Shown here piece after piece: positions 25,766-37,539 of a DNA stretch of 64,000 bases (the stretch's first letter is position 1; each line of letters begins with the position of its first letter). Source of the DNA: Zootoca vivipara (lineage: Eukaryota); the NCBI RefSeq assembly GCF_963506605.1, contig NC_083278.1, forward strand, positions 9,238,001 through 9,302,000. The letters are read 5' to 3'. The notes below the pieces were generated by a model. The model was not told the origin of the DNA. It made no database searches and worked only from the letters and a program-made list of their open reading frames with translations. The position numbers were made by a program, and so were the translations under genes.

Positions 25766-26581
25766 TGTGACGGGTTTGTTTGTTTTTTAAAGAAATGTTC
25801 TGTTGTATTTAGCTTCTCCAAGCAGACCAACTGAAGGGTTAACCCAGTCTCCCTGGTGACTGGCAGCGACATTCCGCTGGAGGAGGGACTGCCAAGGGTT
25901 TAAATATGATGTGCAGCCGTTAAGTTGGCAGTTGAGGGTTTTTTGTGGGGGCGCTTGGGTGGTTGTGGAGAAGGTAGACTGAAGTAGTTGATAGGTATTC
26001 TGTTATTTGATTACCAAGAACGTTACCTGTGAAATTAAGTTTGTGCAAATGATACCAGAAACAACCGTTAAGATTCAAGCCAATAAATATCCATCTTTAA
26101 AGTGTCATACCAGTAATCGTCCATTTCATTTTCCAGCTAAGGTATCCAGGAACCCAGTTGGTGGGGAACTCTTTTAAACTGTCAAAACTGCCTTTTAGAG
26201 GAGAAAGGTTAGTTTGTGGCTGAGAGTGCACCAAGAAAAGGCTAAAGGAGGAGACAGGTTCTGAATGATAATAAAGTTACCTCACAAAGGAGGCTAGCTT
26301 TACAGTAAGGGAGTTTCTAGTGAAGTGAAACCCTTATCTGAGTACACATAGGAACACTTATAGCCCCGAGTCTATATAGTCTATATAGGTACCTGGCCAC
26401 ATTTAGGCTGGAAGAGGACTCTCTTTTATTTTTGAAAACCCACGAGTGCTAGAGGGTTTAAAGAAAGGCTAGAGGGATAAGTGGGAGGTTTGATTTACCT
26501 GTACCTCAGAAATCCCTGTTAGTGCTTTTAATAATTGAGAGGTCAAAGTTATAAGACGGAAAGTAAAGGACTTTCGTCCCA
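25766..26581 (+). mobile_element. Solo LTR (816 bp)
   Basis: TG...CA ends; 5-bp TSD ctagc (25761-25765 and 26582-26586); internal TTTAAATA (about 25898) and AATAAA (26082). Confidence 0.7.
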
Positions 26582-27776
26582 CTAGCCAATTGCCATCAAC
26601 CCTGTGTGTCTCCGCGTCACCTGCTGGCTTGCCCCTGCCCCTGAAATTTCTTCAGCAACAGCTCTTTCCCTGCTCTATAAACTTCACCTATTTTCTACTG
26701 TAAGTATTCAAGCAGATTCTTTTCCTAGAAGATTCAAGATGGGTGGTACTCCTGGTACTCAGCTATACAGCTGCAAATATAAGGTTTAAGTTTGTTTTAA
26801 GTGCATTATACAAATCTGTCACCAGATGACGATGGTGAGCTTATGGCAAATTCAATACATTTTCCAAAAATATATACAGATTGAGGGCCACGTGTGGCCC
26901 CTGGGCTACCCACATGCAATGTTAAACCTGAAGCACACTGGCCGTTTCACCACAGCATTTACCTGGAAATGAGTCACCCTGACTGACTTAGGCTCTGGCA
27001 TTTATCCTTAGGATTGCAACTATCAAAAATACCAGCAAGCAGCCAACAGGTCATGCCACACTAATTTCATGCCCATTAGTATTTTACTGGAACGTTGAAA
27101 TCCCATGCATGAAATACAGCTCTTCGTGGGATCATAAAAATTCATATTCCAAGTAAGAGTAAGTAAATCAGCTCACTGACAAGCCATTCTAGGACAAGAG
27201 GACAGCACAACGAAGCCCATTATGTTAAATCCATTTAGCAGCTGTGATGGTAGTGCCATCAGGCAAAGGGTTATGGGAATGGGGGGGGGGGAGAGATGCA
27301 TAAAGCAAAGTTAGAAGGGAATATACAACAGATGAGCTTAGAGAGACGAAGGCAGCCTTAATTCTTCTAGGGGTAGCTGACAAGAACAGATGGGGGTCTG
27401 ACGGGAACTCTACATTACACAAGAGGGATGGGCTTTTTCCTCTTAAAAACGTATCAATTCTAGCTGGCTGGCAACTCAGGGAAATATGGCAAGAGGGGCG
27501 GCTTCAGTGTGGGCAGACTTGGCCCTGCCTCTGAACTGGAAGGCACTGAAGAAATGAAAGAGCACCCCAAGAGCAGTAAATAGGATACTCCACTTCCAGA
27601 GCTCAGCTCCATGCTTGTGAATCATTTCCAAGTTCTTTTATTTCCTCCAGCCTCTGAACAATTGAATGACCCAGAGTTCCTAAATTCACTCGAGGGAAGT
27701 GCGGTCAGATCCCAGGAATTTAGGGACAGCTAACTTACAGAATAGTTACTTAAAGACCAACTAAGTTTTTATTTTG

Positions 27777-27814
27777 GTATGAGCTTTCGTGTGCATGCAC
27801 ACTTCTTCAGATAC
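27777..27814 (-). ncRNA. Minimal hammerhead ribozyme motif (inverted copy)
   Basis: Exact reverse complement of 28429-28466. Confidence 0.8.
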
Positions 27815-28428
27815 AGTGAAATGGAAGTTTCCAGGCACTTATGTAGAGAAGGGGTGGGGAGGGGTGGGGATGGGGAGGGGGGATCACTCAGAAGGGTGGT
27901 GGAAATGGGTGATTGACTGACTGATAGCTGTTGATGACCGCAAACGACTGCAAATGGTTTTGCATGAAAAAGCAAGGGTTGAGATGGCTGAAGATCGCTT
28001 ATCATGTGTAATGAGATAAAAATCCGATATCTCTGTTCAAACCAGGTCCCTCCATGGTTTTGAGCTTGGTGATAAGTTGCAATTCAGCAACTTCTCTTTC
28101 CAGTCTATTTCTGAAATACAAAAGAATTTCAGAAATAGACTGGAAAGAGAAGTTGCTGAATTGCAACTTATCACCAAGCTCAAAACCATGGAGGGACCTG
28201 GTTTGAACAGAGATATCGGATTTTTATCTCATTACACATGATAAGCGATCTTCAGCCATCTCAACCCTTGCTTTTTCATGCAAAACCATTTGCAGTCGTT
28301 TGCGGTCATCAACAGCTATCAGTCAGTCAATCACCCATTTCCACCACCCTTCTGAGTGATCCCCCCTCCCCATCCCCACCCCTCCCCACCCCTTCTCTAC
28401 ATAAGTGCCTGGAAACTTCCATTTCACT

Positions 28429-28466
28429 GTATCTGAAGAAGTGTGCATGCACACGAAAGCTCATAC
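28429..28466 (+). ncRNA. Minimal hammerhead ribozyme motif
   Basis: GTAT-CTGAAGA-A-GTGTGCATGCACAC-GAAA-GC-TC-ATAC. Confidence 0.8.
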
Positions 28467-28789
28467 CAAAATAAAAACTTAGTTGGTCTTTAAGGTGCTA
28501 CTGAAGGAATTTTTTTTATTTTACTTCGATCCAGACCAACACGGCTACCTACCTGTAACCAGAATAGTTACTATTTGTGTCAAAACACCACCTTTTTCCC
28601 CCGGCTGGCTGTAAACTATTTTTTCTTTGCTGACTCTGCTGTTGCTGTTTTTGTTCCGTTTTAGTATCTGGATTGAAATGTGACGTTTTAACATCATTAC
28701 TGTTGTGTTTATGCTTTATATATGACATTTGTCTTACGAGCTGCTTTGGGATGGATATCATCTTTGTTCCCACATTCCATCTACTTTAG

Positions 28790-29137
28790 GTAAAGGTAAA
28801 GGGACCCCTGACCATTAGGTCCAGTCGTGACCGACTCTGGGGTTGCGCACTCATCTCGCATTATTGGCCGAGGGAGCCGGCGTATAGCTTCCAGGTCATG
28901 TGGCCAGCATGACAAAGCCGCTTCTGGCAAACCAGAGCAGCACATGTAAACGCCGTTTACCTTCCTGCTGTAGCGGTTCCTATTTATCTACTTGCATTTT
29001 GACGTGCTTTCGAACTGCTAGGTTGGCAGGAGCTGGGACCAAGCAACGGGAGCTCACCCCGTCACAGGGATTCGAACCGCCGACCTTCTGATCAGTAAGC
29101 CCTAGGCTCAGTGGTTTAACCACAGCGCCACCTGGGT
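28790..29137 (-). mobile_element. Sauria SINE
   Basis: Full length; TSD tccatctactttag. Confidence 0.9.
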
Positions 29138-29464
29138 CCATCTACTTTAGTACATAGTTATTTGCATTCTACAAGGAGCCTCTGATGTAGATCACAGAAA
29201 AGGCTGTCTTCTACAAAGCCATACCACCAGTCCAACTAATTCAGTTTGTTCTAGCCAGTCAAGTGTTGACTCTCCAGGCTTCCAGAAATTAGCCGTTGCC
29301 AGATCTACCTGGAGAATGAACCTGGGACCTTCTGCAGACAGAACAAGCCCTTTACCAGGCTATGAGATGCCATCCCTCTCCAAAGTACACACAGTGAGAA
29401 ATATTTAAATCCACACATATTTTTAAACTGTGTATACTGCATATTCAGCAGAAAGCCTCTAAGC

Positions 29465-29600
29465 CAGGCATGTCAAACCTGCGGCCCTCCAGATGTTTTG
29501 GACTACAATTCCCATCTTCCCCAACCACTGGTCCTGCTAGCTAGGGATCATGGGAGTTGTAGGCCAAAACATCTGGAGGGCCGCAGGTTTGACATGCCTG
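29465..29600. mobile_element. hAT-Charlie-type palindromic MITE
   Basis: CAGGCATGTCAAACCTGCGGCCCTCCAGATGTTTTGG inverted ends. Confidence 0.85.
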
Positions 29601-29849
29601 CCAGTCTAAGCAGTTTACAATCTGAAATATATATACGCCATATTCAGATGATCAATGGCCACCTGCGGGAAGAGGAACCCATTCAGGTTTGAGATGGTGC
29701 ATGAGTTTTAACTCTTAGCAATCCAAAATGTTATTCTCTTACTAAAGGGTTTTAATGTTAAGACGCTCCACATAACTAGATTCAATATGGGAGTGGCGGA
29801 ACCTATTGAATTGAAAATCTGCTGATCCTATCAGGGAAGAGTGGAAAAA

Positions 29850-30217
29850 GGTAAAGGACCCCTGGACGGTTAAGTCCAGTCAAAGGCGACTTACGGGGTT
29901 GCGGCGCTCATTTTGCTTTCAGGCCAAGGGAGCAAGCGTTTGTCCACAGACAGCTTTCCATGTTATGTGCCCAGCATGACTAAACTGCTTCTGGCACAAC
30001 AGGACACCGAAGCCAGAGCGCAAGGAAATGCTGTTTACCTTCCCGTCACAGTGGTACCAATTTGTCTATTTGCACTGGTGTGCTTTCGAACTGCTAGGTT
30101 GGCAGGAGCTGGGACAGAGCAACGGGAGCTCACCCCATCGTGGGGATTCCAACTGCCGACCTTCCGATTGGCAAGCCCAAGATGCTCGGCGGTTTAGACC
30201 ACAGCGCCACCCGCATC
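29850..30217 (-). mobile_element. Sauria SINE (divergent subfamily)
   Basis: Head and tail motifs; imperfect flanking repeat cctatcaggga..agtggaaaaa. Confidence 0.85.
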
Positions 30218-32031
30218 CCTATCAGGGAGAAGTGGAAAAAAGTGATACTGATCTGGATGGTTGATACTGATCTTATTGGCTACCAGATGTAGGTAAATGT
30301 AGGCACCCATGATTTCATGGCTCAAGTTTGCCACGAGCCCTTGGAAAGAAAGCAAATCTAGAACCACACGTGCTGCTACTAACTTTTTGTAGAAAACTGA
30401 ATTATTGGGTAGGTGCTAATCTTCCTAATCTCTATCATTACATTCTTTTCCCTATGTTCTTTTCCTGGCTCTCACTTTTCTTCACATGGAACACTTAGAA
30501 ATAAAAAGTACATTCTGAACACTGATGTACTGTATTGCCAAGAGGGAAATTGCATGGCCATTTATGCAGCTGCATAACTGCATTTCATCCAGGGTCCTGT
30601 GGCTGTACAACGTGCTGTGCTCTTTGTCCCCCTTTCCCTTTCCCCCTTGCAAGCCTGGGTAGTTCTAGTTGTCTTGCACGCCTTTGCAAAACGGTGGCTG
30701 CGCTTTCCTCCCCTCTTGTTGCCTCCCGATTTTTACTACATCGTTGAGTCTGAAGCCCCCCAAGGCACATCATCCACAGCTAACTCGCACTCTCCGGCTG
30801 GCTTGAAGAATGGAGTGGTTTAGACATGCATTTCAAGAGGAAGGATAAACTGGCTTTGCAGAAAGTAGCAGAGGGACATACTAGATCAGCCCAGAAGCAT
30901 AAATTTGGCAACATTCTAGGTGTGGACTATAAAATGCATCCTGCCCTTAGATTTTTTTACAGAAAATCTAAGGAGTCTGAAGCTGCAGAAGGAGAAACTG
31001 AAGATAGGCAGTCTTACCTGAATATATGATTTATTTGGTACTCTCCAGCATCTTTTGTCCCATGGTCTTGAGGTTTCCTAACAAGGCCTTTCACCTTTTG
31101 TAAGCTCCACAGGGCTTGGGGTACCTTTCTCCTTAAAAGCTGGTTTGGTTAAGATTTTACAAACTCACCTACTTGGTCCACTGCAGTCCAAGTTATTGAC
31201 ACCAGACACTGTTCAAAGCTCCTGAACTTGGGAACAAGGAAGCTGTGCAATACCAGAACTTGTTTGGCCAAGTTTTGGGAAGCTCTGACCAGAACATGTT
31301 GAGGCTTAGTAATAAAAAGTCTTCCTTTGTCTATTTCTCTGCTATGTTCTTCCCCATATGACTGGTAAAGAGGCCCAAAGCTTAGGAACTGCAGTCCCTG
31401 TAACCTTAATTGTTAGCCTTTTGGGGTATTTTGTACAACACAGCTTAGCTGTATAGTAGTTACGTGTCTAGAAAAATGTAAAATTATGAAGGTCAGCTGA
31501 AAATCCACAGACTGCTCATGCACAGAACGTAATAAGGAGAAAAGGTGTGCTTTGTTTATAGCACAGTCAAGCTTTGTGAGATGAACAGATTTGTGTTCCA
31601 AATCAGGTAACTCAATGGTACCTGTAGTTAGTTGGTTGGTTGGCAACACAAAAGCTGGTTTATGTTCATGTAGCAGTTGTGATAAATGAGGATTAAATTC
31701 ACAGGAAAGTTACAGCGAGAGCACATGAAGGCTAGGAAAGTTACCTCTAGGAGGGTCAGGTAGGCAACACTTCCAGGAGAGGAAATATGAAATGAATTCA
31801 CCTCCAAGAAAATATGACCAAAAATAAAAGCCGGTCAAGATACCCCCTCTTGGAGATAGCAGTATTAAAAAGCAGTGCTATGGATGTATTATAAGAATTC
31901 TAAACAACACAATCAATATGAAAAGGTTTATCTGCTAGAAGTTTACTTAAGTTATTATTTCCTCTGTCTTTCTGGACAGTATAAAATGCAGTCTTTTTGT
32001 TGCAATATTATTGGTGGCATATATTGTTTCT

Positions 32032-32385
32032 GGGACCCAGGTGGCGCTGTGGTTAAACTACTGAGCCTAGGGCTTGCTGATCAGAAGGTCGGCGGTTCGA
32101 ATCCCTGTGACGGGGTGAGCTCCCGTTGCTTGGTCCCAGCTCCTGCCAACCTAGCAGTTCAAAAGCACGTCAAAATGCAAGTAGATAAATAGGAACCGCT
32201 ACAGCGGGAAGGTAAACGGCGTTTCCATGTGCTGCTCTGGTTTGCCGGAAGCAGCTTGGTCATGCTGGCCACATGACCTGGAAGCTATACGCCGTCTCCC
32301 TCGGCCAATAATGCGAGATGAGCGCGCAACCCCAGAGTCGGTCATGACTGGACCTAATGGTCAGGGGTCCCTTTACCTTTACTTT
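32032..32385 (+). mobile_element. Sauria SINE
   Basis: TSD tatattgtttct. Confidence 0.9.
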
Positions 32386-33134
32386 TATATTGTTTCTATC
32401 CCACTGTTTCCAGATTATTTCAGCCCTGCTCTTTGTTGTGTTTACTGGTGACCTGAGATACTTCCCCTTATAGATGTACCTCTGTACAAACAATAATGCT
32501 TCATTTCAAAAACACATTTTACATTAAACTGGAATAATTGGTGAACAGAGAGAGTCCTGTCTCAAACTTGTAACTTAAATGGTCTCCATTCAATCCTAAT
32601 GTCTCATCATACAGTGACCTTCACCAATCGTTGGGAAAATTAATTACCAGCCTCTAAGAAGATTCTGCTGCCCTATCAGCCTGGAGGGGATGACACACTA
32701 AAATATATTCTGCCTTCATTTTAACCTCTCTGGGTGACTAAAAGGCTCTCTCAGACACCTAGCCTGTTCTTTTCATGTGTAGAATAGATCACGCAATTTT
32801 TGCTTCATTGGTTTTGCATCAGAATCCTGTGGCTTTGTAACTCCTTGCTATCTCGATATCTTCCTATCTAACTATAGTGGCAATACAGCTACTGGGACAG
32901 ATTTGGTATTAAGGTTTCTCTTATTTACTATATATTTCAATTGTGTATGTTTGGTTTAAGGCATTATTAGCGGCATTTACATCTCAGAGTAAGCCATAAG
33001 TTAAAGCATTTACTGTGAAGCCAGAGTTGCAGTTGCTGCTCCTGCTAGCACTAGGGTTGGTGTAAAGTAAGAGCCACCTGTGCAATCATGGTAAACCCTC
33101 AGCTATGATTAAACTGGGGTGGGTGAACTGAGCA

Positions 33135-33979
33135 CCATATTTTCCGCTCCAGAAGACACACCTAGTTTTTAGAGCAGGAAAACAAGAAAAAAAAATTCTG
33201 AATCACAGCCTCCTTGGGAGGAGAGCAATCCCCACAGAGGCTTGGGAGGCTAGAGAGGGAAACTGCGTGCCCACCAACCATATGGGAAGCCTGCAGCTTC
33301 CATCCTAAGCCTCTGCAGGGATCGCTCTCCTCCCGCAGAGACTTTGGAGGCTTTCCTTCTCCCCACTTTTTTCTCTCCCTCCCCAAGCAGCACAGGGCCC
33401 TTTTCCAGCCTCCTCCTCTCCATCACTTTCACCCAAACTCCTCAGGTGATGCCTGCAATTTCCCCCCTTTGCTGCTGCCTCTCCTTTGCCCTCTACCATG
33501 ACTCTTCACTCACAGCAACCTACCTCCTCTCCCTTCATCCCGCTTCTCGGTCCCCCTCCTTCTCCATTCTCTTCCTCCCCTCTCTCGGCAGCTGCCTCTT
33601 CTTGCCATCCTCTGGCTAACATCCCCAGAGCCATCAGGGGAAAGGGGAGGCCGTCGGCAAAGCCTCTCTCAAAGAGAGCAGCCCGGGAGCATCAGGCAAC
33701 GTTGCACAGCCTGCCCACCGCTTCCAAACCTTCCCAGGACTTCAGGGGAAAGGGGAGGCGGCCAGCAGAGCGGCATGGCTCCCCCCACTCCAAGAGCAGC
33801 CCAGGAGCGCAGGGAAATGGTGAACAGCCTGCCCGCTGCTCCCAAACCTTCCCGGGGCTTCAGGGGAAAGGGAAGGTTGCAGACAACCCGGGACCACACA
33901 TTCACTCCATAAGAAGCACAGACATTTCCCCTTACTTTTTAAGAGGAAAAAAGTGCATCTTATGGAGCGAAAAATACGG
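33135..33979. mobile_element. Non-autonomous Tc1/mariner (pogo/Tc2-like) element with internal GC-rich repeats
   Basis: Ends ccatattttccgctcc / ggagcgaaaaatacgg|ta. Confidence 0.65.
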
Positions 33980-34333
33980 TAGTTGCAAAGAGCCAAACAA
34001 AAGCATGAGCAGATAACCTTTGGAACCAGTGCTTCAATAACATGCCAAGAATTCAGCTGAGTTAACTCTTGAGTACCTTCTCCCCAAGCACCCGGTATGA
34101 GTCACCATAAGAGTATAGTAATTTTGCCCATGGTGCAATGAAACTATAGCAGACCCTCCATTATGTACATTTTAACTAAAGTGAACAAGTGATTCATGTG
34201 TTAGTCACCAATGACTAGGCCTTTAAATTGCCAGTAATTAGTTGCATAGCCCAGCCACTTCATTACGGAATTAGGAGTGTTTTATAAACTGCAAAGAAAG
34301 CTCTGACCCTCACAACTGGTTTTTATACTGGAC

Positions 34334-34339
34334 TTTATT
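34334..34339 (-). terminator. Probable CTNNA1 polyadenylation signal (3' UTR about 1.0 kb)
   Basis: AATAAA on - about 1030 nt past the stop, at the end of a repeat-free AT-rich stretch. A second AATAAA lies at 35122-35127. Confidence 0.5.
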
Positions 34340-35368
34340 GGAAAAGGTATAAAAACAGAAATCCATAAAAATTTTAAAGAGCAAAATTATACCATGAGGC
34401 TCCCAGTATGACAAACAATGCCTGAATTGCAGTCTGAATGCAATGCTATTTGCTAGGTTTTTAAAAAGCCCAGGGCTGGATGCATAGCAATTATGAGAAG
34501 AACACAATGATAGATTTGCATTTGAATGCCGAGGGAAACATGCAACATTTACAACAGTGGCTCGAACAAGCCACTTATTAGAGTCCCTCCAGCAAAGTAC
34601 ATCAGTTATGTGTAAGTTATTCTCACCATCTTAAGAAAAAGTATTAAAAGTTTTCCTTCTGATGCAATTCGCATTACACACTAAGTAACTTTAGCTCCCC
34701 CTATGGGCTCCGATGGAAGTCTTCAAAAGATGCACATGCTGAAAGGTAACCTTGAACCCAGCAATTCAGAGCAAATGCATCAAAGTGTTCCATTTCACAT
34801 AAAGGAGTCAAAACCTGCTTAAATTAGAAAAGAATGCTATAGTATATTACTTTTTCAAAATCATTTTCTATGGTTGTCTTAGTGTTTTAAGCAGCAACTA
34901 GCGTTTTCCATTTTATCAATTATTTCAACATTCCAAACTTACTGTATACTCTCTATCCACCCAAAGCACATTATATAATTTTGATAAAAGTACAAGTTCC
35001 ATTCTACTTCCAAGTTGAGAAGGCTCACATTTCTTCTAAAGGAATTACATGATCCCGCTATGTGAAGGATTAATGTTACAGTAAATTCAACTTTGGTTAT
35101 AGAATAGATTTAAAAGCAGGATTTATTATTTTAAAAAGCTGGGGGGGGGAAATGCCACAGAATTCTAAACAGCACTTTCATACTAAAATTAACATGTTCT
35201 CAGATTTAAAGATGTACCCATGCTTCATATATCTTGTTTACCTCCTTTTAGTCTAAGTGATTTTTATCAAAAAAAATATTGTGTAAATGATTTCTAACAT
35301 AATCCATAGAATATTGGGGAGAAAAATCTGATAGTAGGAATGAAATCCAGAAATACTACTCCCCCGTT

Positions 35369-35656
35369 TTAAATGCTCTCCATTGCCTTGAATTCACTGA
35401 GCGCTTGCACTGGGTTGAGGTGCTTTTTCTGGGAAGCGCGCTTGATTTTGGTCTGCGTCTCATCCTGTTTCTCTCGCTTGACGAGTGGTTTCTTCTCTGG
35501 GGCTTTCATTTTCCAGGACACGGCTGGCAGGTTCAGAGAAGCCATCCCTTGAGACTTCTGGTATTTTGTGGATGCCACGTAGGAGGCCTTCACCGTTTGC
35601 ACCACAGCATTCATCAGGTTCTTTGCAGCTTGAATCAGCGACATGGCACTGTCCAC
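35369..35656 (-). CDS. CTNNA1: Catenin alpha-1, last coding exon (exon 18)
   Basis: VDSAMSLIQAAKNLMNAVVQTVKASYVAST...QALSEFKAMESI*; acceptor cttttag at 35657-35658. Confidence 0.98.
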   Translation of the reverse strand: MDSAMSLIQAAKNLMNAVVQTVKASYVASTKYQKSQGMASLNLPAVSWKMKAPEKKPLVKREKQDETQTKIKRASQKKHLNPVQALSEFKAMESI

Positions 35657-36584
35657 CTAAAAGCAGGTCAGCAAGGAAGTCCCTTTAGTTTCAGATAGTG
35701 CTCATTGTGCAGCATTTTAGGAAAGGCAGGACGGAAGGCGCTTCGAATAACATTTATATTGTCTCTTTACATACCTTAGATTCCTTTACCATAGAGGTTT
35801 CCTGTTGAAACTGAGCATGGTGCTTGCTTTAGAAGAATTGCGAGAAGGAGAATAAAGAAGGAAAGCAGTGGGCAGGATTCAAAGGGCTTATTTAGATGCA
35901 CTCAAAGGAAAAATGTCAGAATCTGAACCCTGCATCCAATCAGACTACTTTTAGAAGTCCCCATAACTTTCAAAAGAGGTTTTCTATCTGGCATTGGGCA
36001 GGTGGAGGTGGAGACAAGGGCTGCTGTCCAAGAAATGCAAGTCCAAAGCTCTTGAATAATATGAACTCAACCACTGCATGCAGCCAGTCAAGATTCCCAA
36101 GTCATCTGACGGCTGGATACACAATCATGAAATACAGATCCTCATCACTTTCAAAACAGAAGCACTCTTGTAAGATTAAAGCTCACCTTGATTGCTGGCA
36201 TGGCATGAAGTATTAAAGTCTCCATGCTAAATTGAAGTAACTTCAGCATTCTGCTTTTGCCTGCATAAGTTTAAGGAATTCTTCCTTACATGCCCAGCTT
36301 CTGGGTGAAAATCTTGTATTTTCATATGAAGGAAGAGGAGCACATATATTTTTTTTTAAAAAAAAAATTAGTGCTGCAGACATAATCTTGGACTGTCCAA
36401 GGAGTCTTCAGTGCTTCACTAAAAAAACCTGGAGTGTTTCTTTTAACAGGACCATTGGGCAAAAGTACAGTACTTAATAGCCAAATGGTGATTGAATAAA
36501 ATTTAGTTAAATGAACTTATTTAAATAAGCCCTCAGTTTAGCTATTACTTAAAGAGAAAAAGCAGCTAGGAAGAAATTTCCAAA

Positions 36585-36695
36585 GGTATGGCTATGTTTT
36601 GCCCTGTTGCAGCAAAAACAGTCATTGGCATTTCAAAAAAATAACATTTATCAGGACGTAAGCTTCTGTAAACTAGAAGCATTTCTCTACAATGG
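36585..36695 (-). mobile_element. Degraded Penelope pLTR fragment
   Basis: ggtatggctatgtt...gcagcaaaaac...taacatttat...cgtaagcttc loosely resembles the reverse complement of the pLTR tail; the ribozyme core is not intact. Confidence 0.35.
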
Positions 36696-36970
36696 CGGCT
36701 GTGTGAGAAGAGCAGGAGGGTGTGTGGCTGGCCCAGTATAAATGTTGCTCATGTTTAGAGGTCACCTGAAAACTTGTCTCATGTGGTAACTGCTACCTGC
36801 TCTGAGCCCATCGGCTATAAATCAATTTTTTTAGCAGCAACAGAGGAGGACAAGACCTCGTTCCACTCCACCTCTCTGGAAATTGATTTGTTGACATATC
36901 AGTGAACCTGGAGCTATTGTTCCACAGGGCTTCTTCTGTTCTGTCCCTGCTTATAGTATATGGTCTAGAC

Positions 36971-37539
36971 CAGAGGTTTTCAATCTTTTTGAGTCCACGG
37001 CTCCCCTGACCATTCTTTCTGCGGCACCCCTGTGGGGCTCAGGAGTCCAGTTATGTCGCCCCTTGCCTGCAGAGCAGGCAGCCTCCAACTCTTTTTCAAA
37101 CACCCTCCCTTGTGGAGTTTTTCCTCTGCCTCCTCTCCTCTCTCCTTGGGAGTCCTCCAGGCAGCCGCTGCTGCCGCCCCTAGTCTCGCTGCTGCTGTCC
37201 CCTGCCCCAAAGAGAGCTGCTTCTCACACTAGTACTTGCTTGTCCATTCCCAACAGCAAGGGCTGGTGGACTGGCTGGCTGGACTCTCTGGTCTGCTTGC
37301 TTGCTTACTCTGAGGCTGCCTCAGCTCCTGGCAACCAGCACCCCCTGACCAGCCCCAGGGGAACCATTCTCCTAGGGAGCTTGTAGCCAGGGCTGCTGCA
37401 ACCAACAGCTGTGCAAACAGTTGGGGGGCAAGAGAAGGGAGGAAAGGAAAGAGGGACAGAGGCCAGTGTTGCCCGCGGCACCCCTGACCATCATTCAAGG
37501 CACCCTAGGGTGCCACGGCCCACTGGTTGAAAACCTCTG
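36971..37539. mobile_element. Non-autonomous hAT-Charlie element in CTNNA1 intron 17
   Basis: TIR CAGAGGTTTTCAA; perfect 8-bp TSD gtctagac. Confidence 0.9.

Larger units (their letters stand above)
27749..28559. mobile_element. Penelope-like fold-back element (369-bp inverted arms plus 3' tail)
   Basis: 27749-28117 pairs with 28126-28494. The + frame 28116-28241 reads IQKNFRNRLEREVAELQLITKLKTMEGPGLNRDIGFLSHYT* (GIY-YIG endonuclease end). Direct repeat cagaatagttact at 27738-27750 and 28560-28572. Confidence 0.9.

Noticed and set aside
28238-28474. Identical 78-aa ORFs on both strands (also 27769-28005, and related 7961-8182) as a duplicated small gene
   Set aside because: They lie in the Penelope pLTR, and the identity is a consequence of the palindrome.
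36186-36260. Candidate cassette exon of about 74 nt (atgcag...AAG|GTGAGC) in intron 17
   Set aside because: Early stop, weak pyrimidine tract and no other support.
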